In this document: one piece after another, positions 38,305 through 49,981 of the stretch
How the letters are laid out: each line of letters opens with the position of its first letter
Position numbering within the stretch: position 1 is the stretch's first letter
Origin: Balanoglossus misakiensis
Taxonomy: Eukaryota; Animalia; Hemichordata
Direction: 5' to 3'
Assembly: GCA_040954595.2 (NCBI GenBank)
Contig: CM082582.2
Location: forward strand, 4,200,303 to 4,264,302
Length of the DNA: 64,000 nucleotides
Notes under the pieces: model-generated
What the model was told of the DNA's origin: nothing
Databases searched by the model: none
What the model saw: only the letters and a program-made list of their open reading frames with translations
Program-made: the position numbers and the translations under genes

Positions 38305-39668
38305 CTGTTTGACTTGTACAAAGATTGCAGCTTCTACTTTGGATGTGATGGCCACCAACTGATCAGTCAGATAGGCATCAACAAGAGATTTAATTCCAAC
38401 ACTCCAAACAGAGTTCATAATAATCACTTGTCTTGGTGAGGACCTTTTGGAGTCAATACTCAATGCTTTTCCATAGTGCTTCATTATTTCTTTCAACTAA
38501 AATAAAAGATATAAAAGCTTATTGTATCTTATGAGACAATTTGCAGAGATTGGAAGGCTTTGCATTTGCACTGCAATGCATGACATACAATGTATCATGT
38601 AAGGGGTTATTGGCTAAAGATTTTGCGCGAGATTCGAAAGTTGTCGTTGCTACGTTCTGAATTAATTTTTTCTGGTGCGGTGTCAGTGACTAGTGCACTT
38701 GCAGTGTGTGTACGTCCTATGCCGCTACCGAATCACATCATCTCCCGTAATCGCTGCATGTTGTAGAGCTTTATTTGGAAATATGAATAGTAAAATTGAT
38801 GATTTGATCTGATTAATGTGTGACTGTCGGCGTCGATCGTCGCGAAGAAAAAATAATGTTTTGCTCGCGCTCGACTCTGTGAGTTCGAGCGCGTCTATAT
38901 CTCACGTGCAATAGAATGTAAACAAATGACATCGTGCATATCAATCTGCAAGAACTGGAGGAATGCGCCTCTATGCTACGGGATAGATCATTTCAAAACG
39001 ATAGATAAACACGTAATATTTACATTCCAAAATATTACAGAATGTGTATTTTATTAGTTTCTTGTAGATTATCGTTCAATAAGGCATATGATAAAACCTT
39101 TACGGCACTGATACGGGTTTTGCGGCCCTCGGGCCGCAAAACCCGTATCAGGGCCTTAAAGATTATTAAGACTCAGATTTCTACAACAGACACAATCAAG
39201 TCTCATGCCTATAGCATAACAATACACAAGTCAATTTGCAAACCGATAATTATGACCATCAGTGGAGATAACAAGAAGCCAACAATTACCGGTACCTACC
39301 AGATGACAAAGTCTTGTCTAACATTGTCTAACATCCGCAACAAACAGTTAGGGGTTGCTACGAGTAATTCACAGCCGTTGAGCAGAGGATACTGAAATAA
39401 ACGCAGTCATCTTGTAACAGTTTATCAATTGTTAAATGTGAATGTTTTTTATCACTTTTATTCGCAGACTCACTGCTGAACTGTTCTGCATGCTATCACT
39501 GATGATAAGTTGGGAATGATAAACTTTCAAATGAGGAGAAAGTCGACTCACCACTTGATTTTTCTTCAGAACCTGCACCAAAGATGACAAGATGTCTTGT
39601 TGATTTGCAGTCTTTATCATAAATGAACTGTGCTCTTTCCATGATGGAGACAGTATCACTGCTAATGG
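38305..39668 (-). pseudogene. TDRD12: TDRD12-like helicase-domain exons
   Basis: 39552-39668 PLAVILSPSW/RAQFIY..VIFGAGSEE (shifted); 39300-39391 YPLLNGCELLVATPNCLLRML/RLCHL (shifted); 38305-38496 ..RQVIIMNSVWSVGIKSLV..AITSKVEAAIFVQVKQ (open). Confidence 0.78.
39098..39161. repeat. Terminal-hairpin remnant (family H6, apex collapsed)
   Basis: ctgatacgggttttgcggccc-TC-gggccgcaaaacccgtatcag, perfect stem. Confidence 0.7.
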
Positions 39669-39745
39669 CTGTCAAAATGAATGGATGGAAAGTTATAGTC
39701 TTTATGAAATTTAGGCTGCAGTAAAATTCCTAGAGGCTGTGTTAC

Positions 39746-40585
39746 TTAAGCAATAACCCCCGCCGCAGGCGGGTATACGCGAGATTTGGGTACAATATTC
39801 GATACATATAGCACGAGCCGTAGGGCGAGTGCTATATGGAGTGAATTGTACCCAAATCGAGTGTATACCCGACTGAGGCGGGGGTTATTGCTATTATATT
39901 ATATCAACAATTGTTTTTGTGGCATATCAGTGTCATTTTCTTACCGAAACGGCGTCAGAAAGAGAAATTACGATCGTGAACCAACATGGCGACGATGAAT
40001 GTAAACACGAGCGGCCGGGATCCAGCCGGGATCGAGCATTAAACATGAAGCAGACGACAAAAGTGACAAGACGGGCATCGCGCGTGGCAAAGTGACAAAT
40101 ATTTCCGCAGAGCAGTTCCAAAATAAAACGTCCGTTAATTCAACAGTATTTTTATTTTATTTATTTGGTTTAAATACACGCGACTGTGGTTTAACCGCAC
40201 ATTTTTGCTGTCGTATGCTAGTTCAGGGGCCCGTTTTACCACTGCCAGCAGTGCATTATTGAGCATTATATTATATCAGTATATTGATGGTGTAAATCAC
40301 GCTATTTGATTGGTCGAGACACGACACGTGACCGTGATATATTAGCCATATACCACAGTCATATATCATAGTCAAAGAAAATGCCTTTTTAAAATGTTTT
40401 ATGCAATGTTTTTGACCAGTTCAACTCCATATACGCACTCCCTATCGCTCGTGCGTATATGTCGTGAACTGGTCAAAATCTCGTGGTATACCATGGCTGG
40501 GGGTGTTTTATTGCTTAATTTTAGCATCGCTGGATTGAGCTCTCGTCCAATCAGAATGGCGGACAGTAGCATGATATAATATAAT
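39746..40585. mobile_element. Terminal-hairpin element family H3 (hairpin first), with a nested H2 copy
   Basis: Hairpin 39749-39892 with GA/GA mismatches and a GTA loop; IR attatattatatca (39893) / tgatataatataat (40572-40585). Confidence 0.8.
40265..40518. mobile_element. Terminal-hairpin element family H2, copy b (internally deleted)
   Basis: Near-identical to 17657-17971 except for a deletion at ~40407. Confidence 0.85.
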
Positions 40586-41476
40586 TTGTAATAAACCTTT
40601 ATGGACATCATTTAGCCAATTCCACACACAATAGTACTGTACCGTATAACCTGTTGGGCATCACTATCTAGTCTGGTATCAATGCTCCATCTGAGTCATA
40701 TTTAGAGTCCTGGACATTTTAATGTATATGGATCATCAAGAGTTAGTGTTCTACAAAAAATGATAAATGAGTATTAACATGCATCTCACAGAAAAGATTC
40801 TGTTGGCACAGTTGAGTGTCAATAAACTCACGGCTGATAGCAATTTTCTGAATAGAATTGTAGATATATAAATTTGGCTTGAAACTTTTATGTGTGCAGT
40901 CTGTTTGGCAATTACTTCCTGGTAATGGATCACATCTTGTAACAAATCCTTACTACTGAAACTAATCTTGAAATTCCTGAAATATAAAAAAGAAAACAAC
41001 GTTATGCTATATGTTTCTACGAAATGTAGCATACTCCAGTTGCAGATAATTTCACCGCAACAGCATTTTTCTGATTCAATTCCCAAGTATCTACCATACC
41101 TTGCAAGTAGATGAAAATCCCAAGAACTGCACATACCCCGGTACTAACCCAACATTCTACTGAACAAACCTCATGCTCGACACGAGATGATAAAACCAAA
41201 TAAAAACTGTAACATTCACCAAGTGTGTACTCCATCACCAAAGAAAACAATCCCAGGCTTACAAAACAGTCAATCAGGAGTAATCTTGTCTCGGTCGAAA
41301 CCAATATTCTTTTTACTTGAAATATTCATGAGATTGATTCATGAGCAACTAGCCTGTTACTATACCTGCAGATATATCAACGTGACCGAGTGTGGCAATA
41401 TCACAATTACAATCAGAACATGTCCTGTAATCAAAGAGACATTGCTATCTGACACAAGTATTACCATCACATATCG

Positions 41477-41844
41477 AGCAAGGGTGTGCACAAGACCATT
41501 AGGCTAAATCCACATCCTAAAAAGGATATTTCAATACCCTATTTGAGTCTTGAACCCATCCTCACTCACACAAGCTAGGTACATACATCAACACATAAAA
41601 ATGTAAATATGTCCGGAAAAAGTTTCCATTGTTCAACTGAGCAAAATGTACTCAGGACATAAAAACTTATAATTTAGGGGATCCAATTAAGACCTACTGT
41701 ACCACTTTGCATATAAAGCAAGGGTGTGCACAAGACCACCAGCCTAAATCCACATCCTAAAAAGGATATTTCAATACCCTAGGTGAGTCTTGAACACATC
41801 CTCACTCACACAATCTAGGTACACCAACACACACAAATGTAAAT
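41477..41844. repeat. ~130-bp direct repeat, period 240 bp
   Basis: agcaagggtgtgcacaagacc...aaatgtaaat at 41477 and 41717. Confidence 0.8.
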
Positions 41845-42067
41845 GATCCGTCAACTCTCACATCTATGGCTTCAAAGCGACACACACAGGCTTAACACCT
41901 GTTCAACTGGACGATATTTTACTATTAAACGGGCAGGAAATACACCAAAATTGCAAGCAACAGCGCAGTATCCGCAAAATTATCTGAGTTCGAAATAGGT
42001 ATAGTTCATGGGAAATCGAGACATTTTACATTCTCAGCAACGTACGACATGGACGCAACCCTACGTT

Positions 42068-42918
42068 CTTCTATGTTGCAGTGTATGTACGTTCAAATGT
42101 TCGGCTTAATAAAATTAATAACACATGATGCTCGGGCACCATCACAATTTGAAGCCTGCCCTCGGGCTGGTGATCTCTGACCATAATATTGATGATACCC
42201 TCACCTGCGGCTCGATCGAGCATCATCAATACTATGGTCAGAGGTCACCATCCCTTGTGGAGGCTTCAAATCATGATGTTGACCTCACTATGAGAAGTTA
42301 TTCTTTAAACAGTTGATAGCAAAAACTGTATTGACGATTTGCACCTTGCAACTTTGAATTAAGGTAAGTGTTAGCTTAGTGATAGTGTTAGTGTTACGGT
42401 TAGCATTAAGTGTTAGGGTTAGTGTTTGTTATAAAGTTATTCATATGCAAAATACCGGGATTTATGTCCAAGTACATTGTACAGCAGAGGAATTGTCCGA
42501 GACGTGCAGCGTCAAGGACAATACCGAAGCGTACAATGTACCATACGTTAGGGTTGACTGATATGAGGTAGGAGATTTGTTAACAACCAAAAGTAGTTCC
42601 GGTAACAAACTCATTTGCATACAGGTATGGCAAAATGTTTTTGGTACTGCACTGAGTGCAAACATGTTACGTGCGCGCTCGGTGCAAGTAATCGACAATA
42701 CATGTAATAACTAAATAATAACACATGATAGTGAGGGAACATCCCAATTTGAAGCTTGCACGAGGGACGGTGATCTCTGACCATAAAATTGATGATGCCC
42801 AAGCTGCAAGCTTGGGTATTCATCAATTTTATGGTCAGAGAGCACCAGCCCGAGGCCAGCAACATGTGTCATATTTTATTATGCCGAACATTTGAACATA
42901 CATACGGCATAGAAAGCA
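42068..42918. mobile_element. Two terminal-hairpin element ends (family H5) in inverted, tail-to-tail arrangement
   Basis: 42068-42290 is the reverse complement of 42715-42918; hairpins with TC/TC (left copy) and GA/GA (right copy) mismatches, GCA loop. Confidence 0.7.
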
Positions 42919-44128
42919 TCATTTTTCTTAAAAGGCAGTGTAGAAGATTTTTCCCTCTGCACCATCTGCCAAACATTTGTTTCCCAAAAAGCCCTCCATA
43001 ACCCAAAGCCCCCCCCCCCCCAAGAAAAATTGTTCTCCCTTAACGGAGGAGGGGGGTCTAAAACTTTTGAAGAAAAAAAAAATTTAGGCAAATGTCAATG
43101 AAAAAAATCAGCCAGGGAAAGCTTGAAAAATAAGAAAAAAACATCCATCAAAAGTTACTTTCTCAAACACACATTCATATTATTCTAGTGCAATCAGGCA
43201 GTGACATGACACTTGTGTTTGAATAAGAGAAAAAACACAAAAATGTCACAAGTGTACACGGACTGTCCTTTTAAAAAGTTGTGGTACCTATGAAATGCTT
43301 CACATTGTGATCTTTAAAAGGACAAAGTTTACACCTTTTGACATTATTAAAGTTTTTTTTTTGCTGTAATAATTTATGTTGTCTTGTTTGATGAAATTAT
43401 GCCAACTCATCAGTCCAAAATGATACACTATGTCATGTGGTCAGGACAATTTTCCCTTAGACAAAATAGTTGTAACGGCGTTGGAAAAAGATGTCATCCA
43501 CAAATGAAGAATGCAAAAAAGTTGTCAGAAATCAGACAGTGAACAACAACAAAAATGACCGGTGGATCACGTTAAAAACAAATAACGGTACCTCATCCAT
43601 CTTCCAGACCCCCCCCCCCCCCCCCCGGATATCAAGTGGTCCACCCTTAGTCCTAAAGGATTTGGGATTCATGAACATTTTCACACGTTTGGGAACAAAT
43701 GCTAAGAAATTTTGTCACGGAAACCCCAGCTGGACATGCTGAAATGATAGTTTTAAACTTACTGACATTAAAGTTAGGCTAGCTTTCCAACGGCACAGCT
43801 AGGATCCCAGCACTGCATGAAGATAGAACGGTCCGACTTGTGATTATCCCATCCATGAGGTCCAGAAGACGGCCATCTTGAATGTTGTTAGGCATGACGT
43901 CATACATGTATTATTTCCTCGTATCATCGTTGAGGGGGTCGACACGTCAAAGCCAAAATGATGCCCACACCCGCAAAGTAATTACTTCAGAGTGATCCCA
44001 TACAGCTGGTAACAGTAAGCTTTAAAAAGAACACATTTAACATTAAATATTAACTTACGGAACATCAACATATTTGCTGTGATATAAAAAATATCTCGTC
44101 TGTCACTAGATGTCATCATCATCTTTAA

Positions 44129-46457
44129 AGAGCCTATCTTACATTGAAACACACTTTTGAGGATAAATAATAATTGGGCTTGTGTGTTAAATGCTGGTGT
44201 CCTTTTATTTATTTCATATGGATAAATAAATGTTAAATTTAAAAATGTTCAGGACCTGAGAAAAAAGTTCTGTTTTGGCCACGCCCATTTCTGTGACGTC
44301 ACAAGAGGAACCCATTTACGTTTGCAACAGACTTAGCACTGTACATTGCAGTGGTTGAATAGCAACCATACATGCCTGTGATCTAAACGGCTTTGCTGTG
44401 TCAGCCTGGGTACAACTCTGTATCCCCCGTACCCTTCAAAATAAACGTACATATGTCTACCTTATCATCTAGGGGAGATGCGATTATGAAAAAAAAAAAC
44501 TCGGCCCGGTTAGGCTACGGCTTCGCATTGCAAGCAGTACACAACATGCAATGGCAGCGGATGTGTATAGGCACCTTACACATACAATGATTGCTGCCTC
44601 GATTAAACCGTCGAATATTGCCCAGAGGTTTAGGTCTAGAGTGTTCGGTCTAAATCTACTTATCTTGGACAATGTCAACTTATTGATAACTGATCGTGGT
44701 CTTTTTGGCGATTTTCAATGACTGCCTTAACAGACAAAATACGCGTGTGTTATTGTACAAGGTCAAGGGAACTCCACCAGCGCCGATCGGCAGCGATGAC
44801 ACATATCGCGCCACGATGTATATTTACTACCAGCACTAAAATTCTGTCTTTTGAATTACATGTAAGCTATGCCTTTTTGGTGATGACAAACAGAAACATT
44901 TATGACTTGTCGCTGTAATCATGGAAGTTCCTTGACATGCTTCATACTGCATTATAACAAAATGAAACCATACAGCCAACAGCAACAGGCGATCATGCCA
45001 GGCCGACCCACTCACGCTCACAAAGCATGAAACATTTTCATTGATACACACGAATATCTTAGTTTGGAAACAGTTTTCACTCACACGAGGCAAAATTTAT
45101 TCAACACATTTTGTTTCAAAATTTGTACAGTGTGTTTTGGAGCCGATGAGTCGGACATAGTGCGACGTAAAACTTGTAAACAAAGAAATTAGAAAAGAAA
45201 GATGGCGACCATTCAGCCGAAGCCATACAAAATTACGACTGAAAAAAAACGTGAAATAGTAACGGTAATATTTTGAACGTTCAAGTTTTTACATCGATTG
45301 CTGTCAACCTTAATTATCGTAGTTTGCGGTCACTGGGTACCGGTTAGCCAGACGGAAGCGTGAATAATAATAAACAATCTCAACATGATGTCGGCCAACG
45401 CAAAATTGTGTTTACGCATCCTGCCAGTTCACCTACTACTACTCGTCTACAGTACTGTGTAAATCGCGGTCGCTGGAACATTGTATGAACACCAATACCG
45501 GGTATAAACGATCTGTTGGTCGACCTCTCCTGCTGACAGGCTTCTATTTTCCTGTATGGGTGGGGATTGTCTTCTCGTGATTCGAACCTGGCCGATTATC
45601 GTTCAACGGTCATGCATTGACAGTTACGGCCGCGGCCGTCACCGGCGCCGCGCCGGCTTCATATCCACCGTACGATGTTGATGATCCTGGCATAGACTTT
45701 CATTCGTTTTTGTGGAACTCCATCGTCGTAAAACCACGACCTGTTTACGGCAACTGCTACGCGCTACCGCCAACAGGCCGTGGTGGATTTGGAAGGTTTT
45801 CGCGGATCCCAGCGTCAGTTCCAGCAGCCAGACAAAGGAACCAATCAGAGAGCCCGTCTCATAAAACTGCATAACTTATTTAAATGACAGTGCAAAATGG
45901 CGGATTTAAAGCTGACAGCAGCCGAAGAGCTCGCGATAAAACGACTACTGATTGGCTAATTCCAATGTCGTTTCTCATGAATAATTCATTAGTCTACGTC
46001 CTAAATTCCGGGGTTCCCTACTGTAATCTGCCAGAGCCCGTTTTTTGCGTAGCTCCGCGGAGCGGAAACACGGTCGGCTCTGGCTTGCGAGAATGGTGGA
46101 ACTCACACGGGTGACTCCCGTCTAGGTAATGTGTTGCTGCAACCACGGCAAACAACTCCTTTTCCCATAGTGGTATTACACAGAAAAGCACGACAACACC
46201 GTATGACACCTGTGAGCATCGCTAAAAGCTGGTCTACCTGACCGGTTCCTCTTGTGACGTCACGTCACGTGACCAAAATGCTGCAAATCTCAACTCGGAC
46301 TTTTCAGGACGGGGTGGATTTTGAAGCATTTTATGAGAACAAAACAAATATTATAGAAATCGATACCCGAAAAATATTGTCACTTTTGGAAAAGAGTACA
46401 TTTCTTTTGAACATTTTTTAACCTTCTGATAAGATTTAAAAAGGCAAGATATGCTCT
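44129..46457. mobile_element. Kolobok-like DNA transposon (internally deleted) with THAP-domain remnant
   Basis: TTAA TSD; TIR agagcctatcttac / gcaagatatgctct; subterminal inverted tgacgtcacaagaggaacc; minus strand ~46060-46170 reads ..GCSNT..GVT..EF..AEPTVFP; CpG-rich. Confidence 0.68.
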
Positions 46458-47910
46458 TTAAAACGATCGGTTCAGACAAATTTAAAGCCAATGTATTTTT
46501 TTTTCTTCTTTGGGACAACATCTAATTTCAACCCGTTGATAAATATATGGATTTTTAAAATCCTACTGTGATTAGGGAAGATACACATACATGTACAGTT
46601 AATCTTTTTGCTATTAAAAATAATGACATGTATACCAGATGTCATCAGCATTTTATATTAAATGGTTCACAAAAATACCAGCAACACTACAGCCAATATT
46701 CGAATCTGTTAAGAGTACACTCAAGTCATCCGCATAAATATTGAAAATCTTTGACTGGTATGTCGGAATTCTGCATGCACCTGCAAGTTTTCAGAACAGA
46801 GTTAGTTGTCACAAATAATTTTGCCTTGTCACGTTTATCATGTTCATGCAAGACGGGCCAAATGTCGGACTTTTGTCGGAAGGTTTTGCAGTCCTGGCGG
46901 ATAAGGTGTGGATCGACAGCCTAGCCTCCGACACTGTTCTCACCCAGGATCAATTTATTTATGAGACTACGGGGAAATATTAACTGATTGAAGGGTTCCC
47001 ATTGGATGGTTTCGTCGCCAGTTCGGATTTCTCACCGGACACCATTTGGTCTCCAAAAGTGAGGAAGGGGATTTCAGAAATAGAAAACGATTATTTAACC
47101 AACCTTATTCCTTACTGTTGATAATGTGTAGCTAAGAATTAGGATACAAGAAGTTAGCCGTTATTTCTGAGTACGCATAAATTTATTGGTGTGGGATTCA
47201 CCATACAAGCCTGCTATAACCATCCAATTATACAATTTCTGAAATACTGTAAAACTCAGGAAATTTTACGCGACAGGACATTTTCTCGATATCAAAAGAA
47301 GCAACTGTTACGCGACTATTCATTTTCGCGTTCTCGCATTTCGTCTTTATCTCCGAAAAAAACAATTTTTACGCGACTTTTTTCGCCTTTTCGATCGGGG
47401 CTCTCGCGCAGTTCGCGAAAATTTATCGTTCCCGACAATATGTAAATCATTTATTTGAGAATAGGATAGTGAGGAATGCAGAGAAAATACGACGCATCCC
47501 TCCAGACAATTATGCCAATTACACCTGTACAGCCATTCAAAAAAGAGAATGAGGAATATTCGTGTTCAACTGTGTTCTGAAAGAGCAATCAGTGGAAAAG
47601 TTTGGTGTCCTTCAGATGGCCGATTGAGATAACTGATGTTTTCACCGTTTTGACATTCCCCTTGGTAAAAATCAATCAACAATCCATAAAGAGCAACCAA
47701 ATACTTATTAAGTAATCTGGGAGTTGTCTTTGATAGTATCCATAATTATGTATAACCAGCACATCAAGAATACCTAAAGTCCATGTATTTTCATCTTCGA
47801 CGCATCGGATCAATACGTCAGTACCTGTCTTCTAAGGATTGCTGTACTTAAATTCATGCAGTTCTTTCAACCAAACTTGATTACTGCAATTCGTTACTGT
47901 TTGGTTTTCC

Positions 47911-48097
47911 TCAATCTGCAATTATAAATCTACTTCAGCGCTCACAAAACACAGCAGCAAGAATCATCACCCGGTCGAAGAAGTTTGAACACATCACTCC
48001 CGCTCTTATCTCTCTGCATTGGCTACCAGTTTGTGCCAGGATTGATTAAAAGATCTTGCTTCTTACATATAAGGCCATTCATGGCCTTACACCGGAG
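47911..48097 (+). mobile_element. L2/CR1-group LINE ORF2 C-terminal fragment
   Basis: LQRSQNTAARIITRSKKFEHITPALISLHWLPVCARID*KILLLTYKAIHGLTP. Confidence 0.85.
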
Positions 48098-48128
48098 TTT
48101 TTTGGACGTTGGCGCCATATACATTTTT

Positions 48129-48161
48129 GATTGATTGATTGATCGATCGATCGATCGATCG

Positions 48162-48220
<59 letters not shown>
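48129..48220. repeat. (GATT/GATC)n microsatellite
   Basis: Direct reading. Confidence 0.95.
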
Positions 48221-48493
48221 CAGAAGTGACGCTGGGCGACCATAATTATAAGATGGGTGTGACGTTGAGCGATCCAGTTTTCTTTTGTCACGATTATTAC
48301 AACATCAACAAACAACAGCAAGGAATGACACATTGTATTTTTAAAAGAATATTCATCATCATCATCATGTTAGTAACTCGAAACGGGGGGCGCCCTCAAC
48401 CATATGTGAGCATCAACAATCTCACAATACATCACTGACAGTTACTTGAGATTTTTGAGTGTGTCCTGCAGTGCTCGCTCTCTCCGCCTCAAT

Positions 48494-48494
<1 letters not shown>

Positions 48495-48550
<56 letters not shown>
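48495..48550. repeat. (CAT)n microsatellite
   Basis: Direct reading. Confidence 0.95.
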
Positions 48551-48551
<1 letters not shown>

Positions 48552-49734
48552 ACAACAAGATTTCTAAGTTCCCTGAGATCCCAGGTGGAGTTTACAAGGA
48601 GTCTCACCTTCTGTTATGTGGCCATATTTACATGTGTATGTAGATACCTGCATAAAGTCTCTCAGTGTACAAAATAATGGTGTTTCATGACTTTATAGTT
48701 TAAAATATTTACCCGTTTGGTGTATTTAAAAAAATAATTTGATCATGACCTGTAGACAAAATGCCTACTTCAGTGAACACTTTGTTTCCCAAAAAAAGTA
48801 CAATGTAAACATTGCTACAGAGTATGTAAAAGCTGTTCTCTTTATATCAAAGGCCACGCCAAGAGAGATGTCAAGTTTTGACTCAACAACATTTGCTCTG
48901 ACATTGACTATAAAAAGGTGAGGTTTATTTGCAACGGACAACGGTTGAATTAGGATCTTGTTTTCCACTTGGTTGATTGACAAACTTAGACATAGAATGC
49001 CATGGTGGTATTCTCTGGAATTGCTAATAGAGAAAGAAAAGGTTCTGCGAAGCAGCTGACCAGATGTCTGATGGCCCTGCTTTAGCGAGAACTCAGTATT
49101 TTATACCTGCTGACCAAGAATTGTACAATTATGTCAGTATTGTTTGGCCAATTACCTCTGTATTCCTGTTTCTTGATATTTAATTGGGAAGGATTTATGT
49201 GACCAAGCAGGTGGGCTGAGGTGGCATACCTCTATCAAAATTTTACATAGCCCTTTGTGGGAGACTTACATTATACAAATGAGGACTAGAGAGAGGGTCG
49301 CATTTAAGCACTTTGAGTACAGTTTGATACGATCAAGCTGAGGTTGCATAGTTGCATCTAAATTTAACATACCCCTCTGTGCGAGGGTTGCATTATACAA
49401 ATTTTGACTAATATAGAGGGAGGGTACGTAACTCTTAGCTTTCTGCTGCTGGGAGAGATTTGCATTTAACATGACTGACTGACCAAAAATTCTTGTGGCC
49501 ACACCCCTAAGAATAAACAAAAGCTCTGTTACAGCAACCAATGCATATTACCTATCCAGTCAGTGCAGACATATAAAACCACACATTTTAATTTTTTTGT
49601 TTATTTCATAATAATTAGTGTACACATCTGTATTTGACTAAATAAATAAAATAAATAAATCAATATATACACTGAGTAAATAACTATGCTAGCTAAACTA
49701 ATAAATAAACCTAATTAAATAACTACTAAACTTA

Positions 49735-49791
49735 TTCTAATTAACTAAGAACTGACTACTTAACTATCTAACTAACTATCTAACTAACTAT

Positions 49792-49831
<40 letters not shown>

Positions 49832-49888
49832 ATGATAAACTAAACTAAACTCACCCACTCACTCACTCACTCAGACAGACAGACAGAG

Positions 49889-49923
<35 letters not shown>

Positions 49924-49981
49924 AATGCAGGTAGGAAGACAGACAGACAGACAAAACAAACAAACAAACAAACAAACAAAC
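49735..49981. repeat. Compound microsatellite (CTAA)n(CTCA)n(CAGA)n(CAAA)n
   Basis: Direct reading. Confidence 0.9.

Larger units (their letters stand above)
23992..39668 (-). pseudogene. TDRD12: TDRD12-like (DEAD-box helicase-like plus Tudor, piRNA pathway) gene, disrupted
   Basis: GT-AG exons 39552-39668, 39300-39391, 38305-38496, 30672-30753, 29827-30087, 29168-29264, 28616-28678, 28188-28249, 27612-27741, 27046-27242, 26613-26738, 25817-25948, 25408-25542, 25014-25163, 24527-24631, 24330-24385, 23992-24120; motifs PLAVILSPSW, NGCELLVATP, VEAAIF, VHYIDEG, RVKPVDQD, LGKTLWLDPL, VFFVDYGD, LPFQAIQC; several frameshifts and a TAA. Confidence 0.8.

Noticed and set aside
40630-41300. Possible N-terminal Tudor exons of the TDRD12-like gene
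   Set aside because: Exon-like boundaries, but no convincing motif in any frame
41477-41844. tRNA or SINE (B-box-like ggttcaagactc on the minus strand)
   Set aside because: No cloverleaf or A-box could be built; kept only as a direct repeat
48422-48677. Poly-Asp, poly-Ile and poly-Ser ORFs
   Set aside because: Translations of a (CAT)n microsatellite
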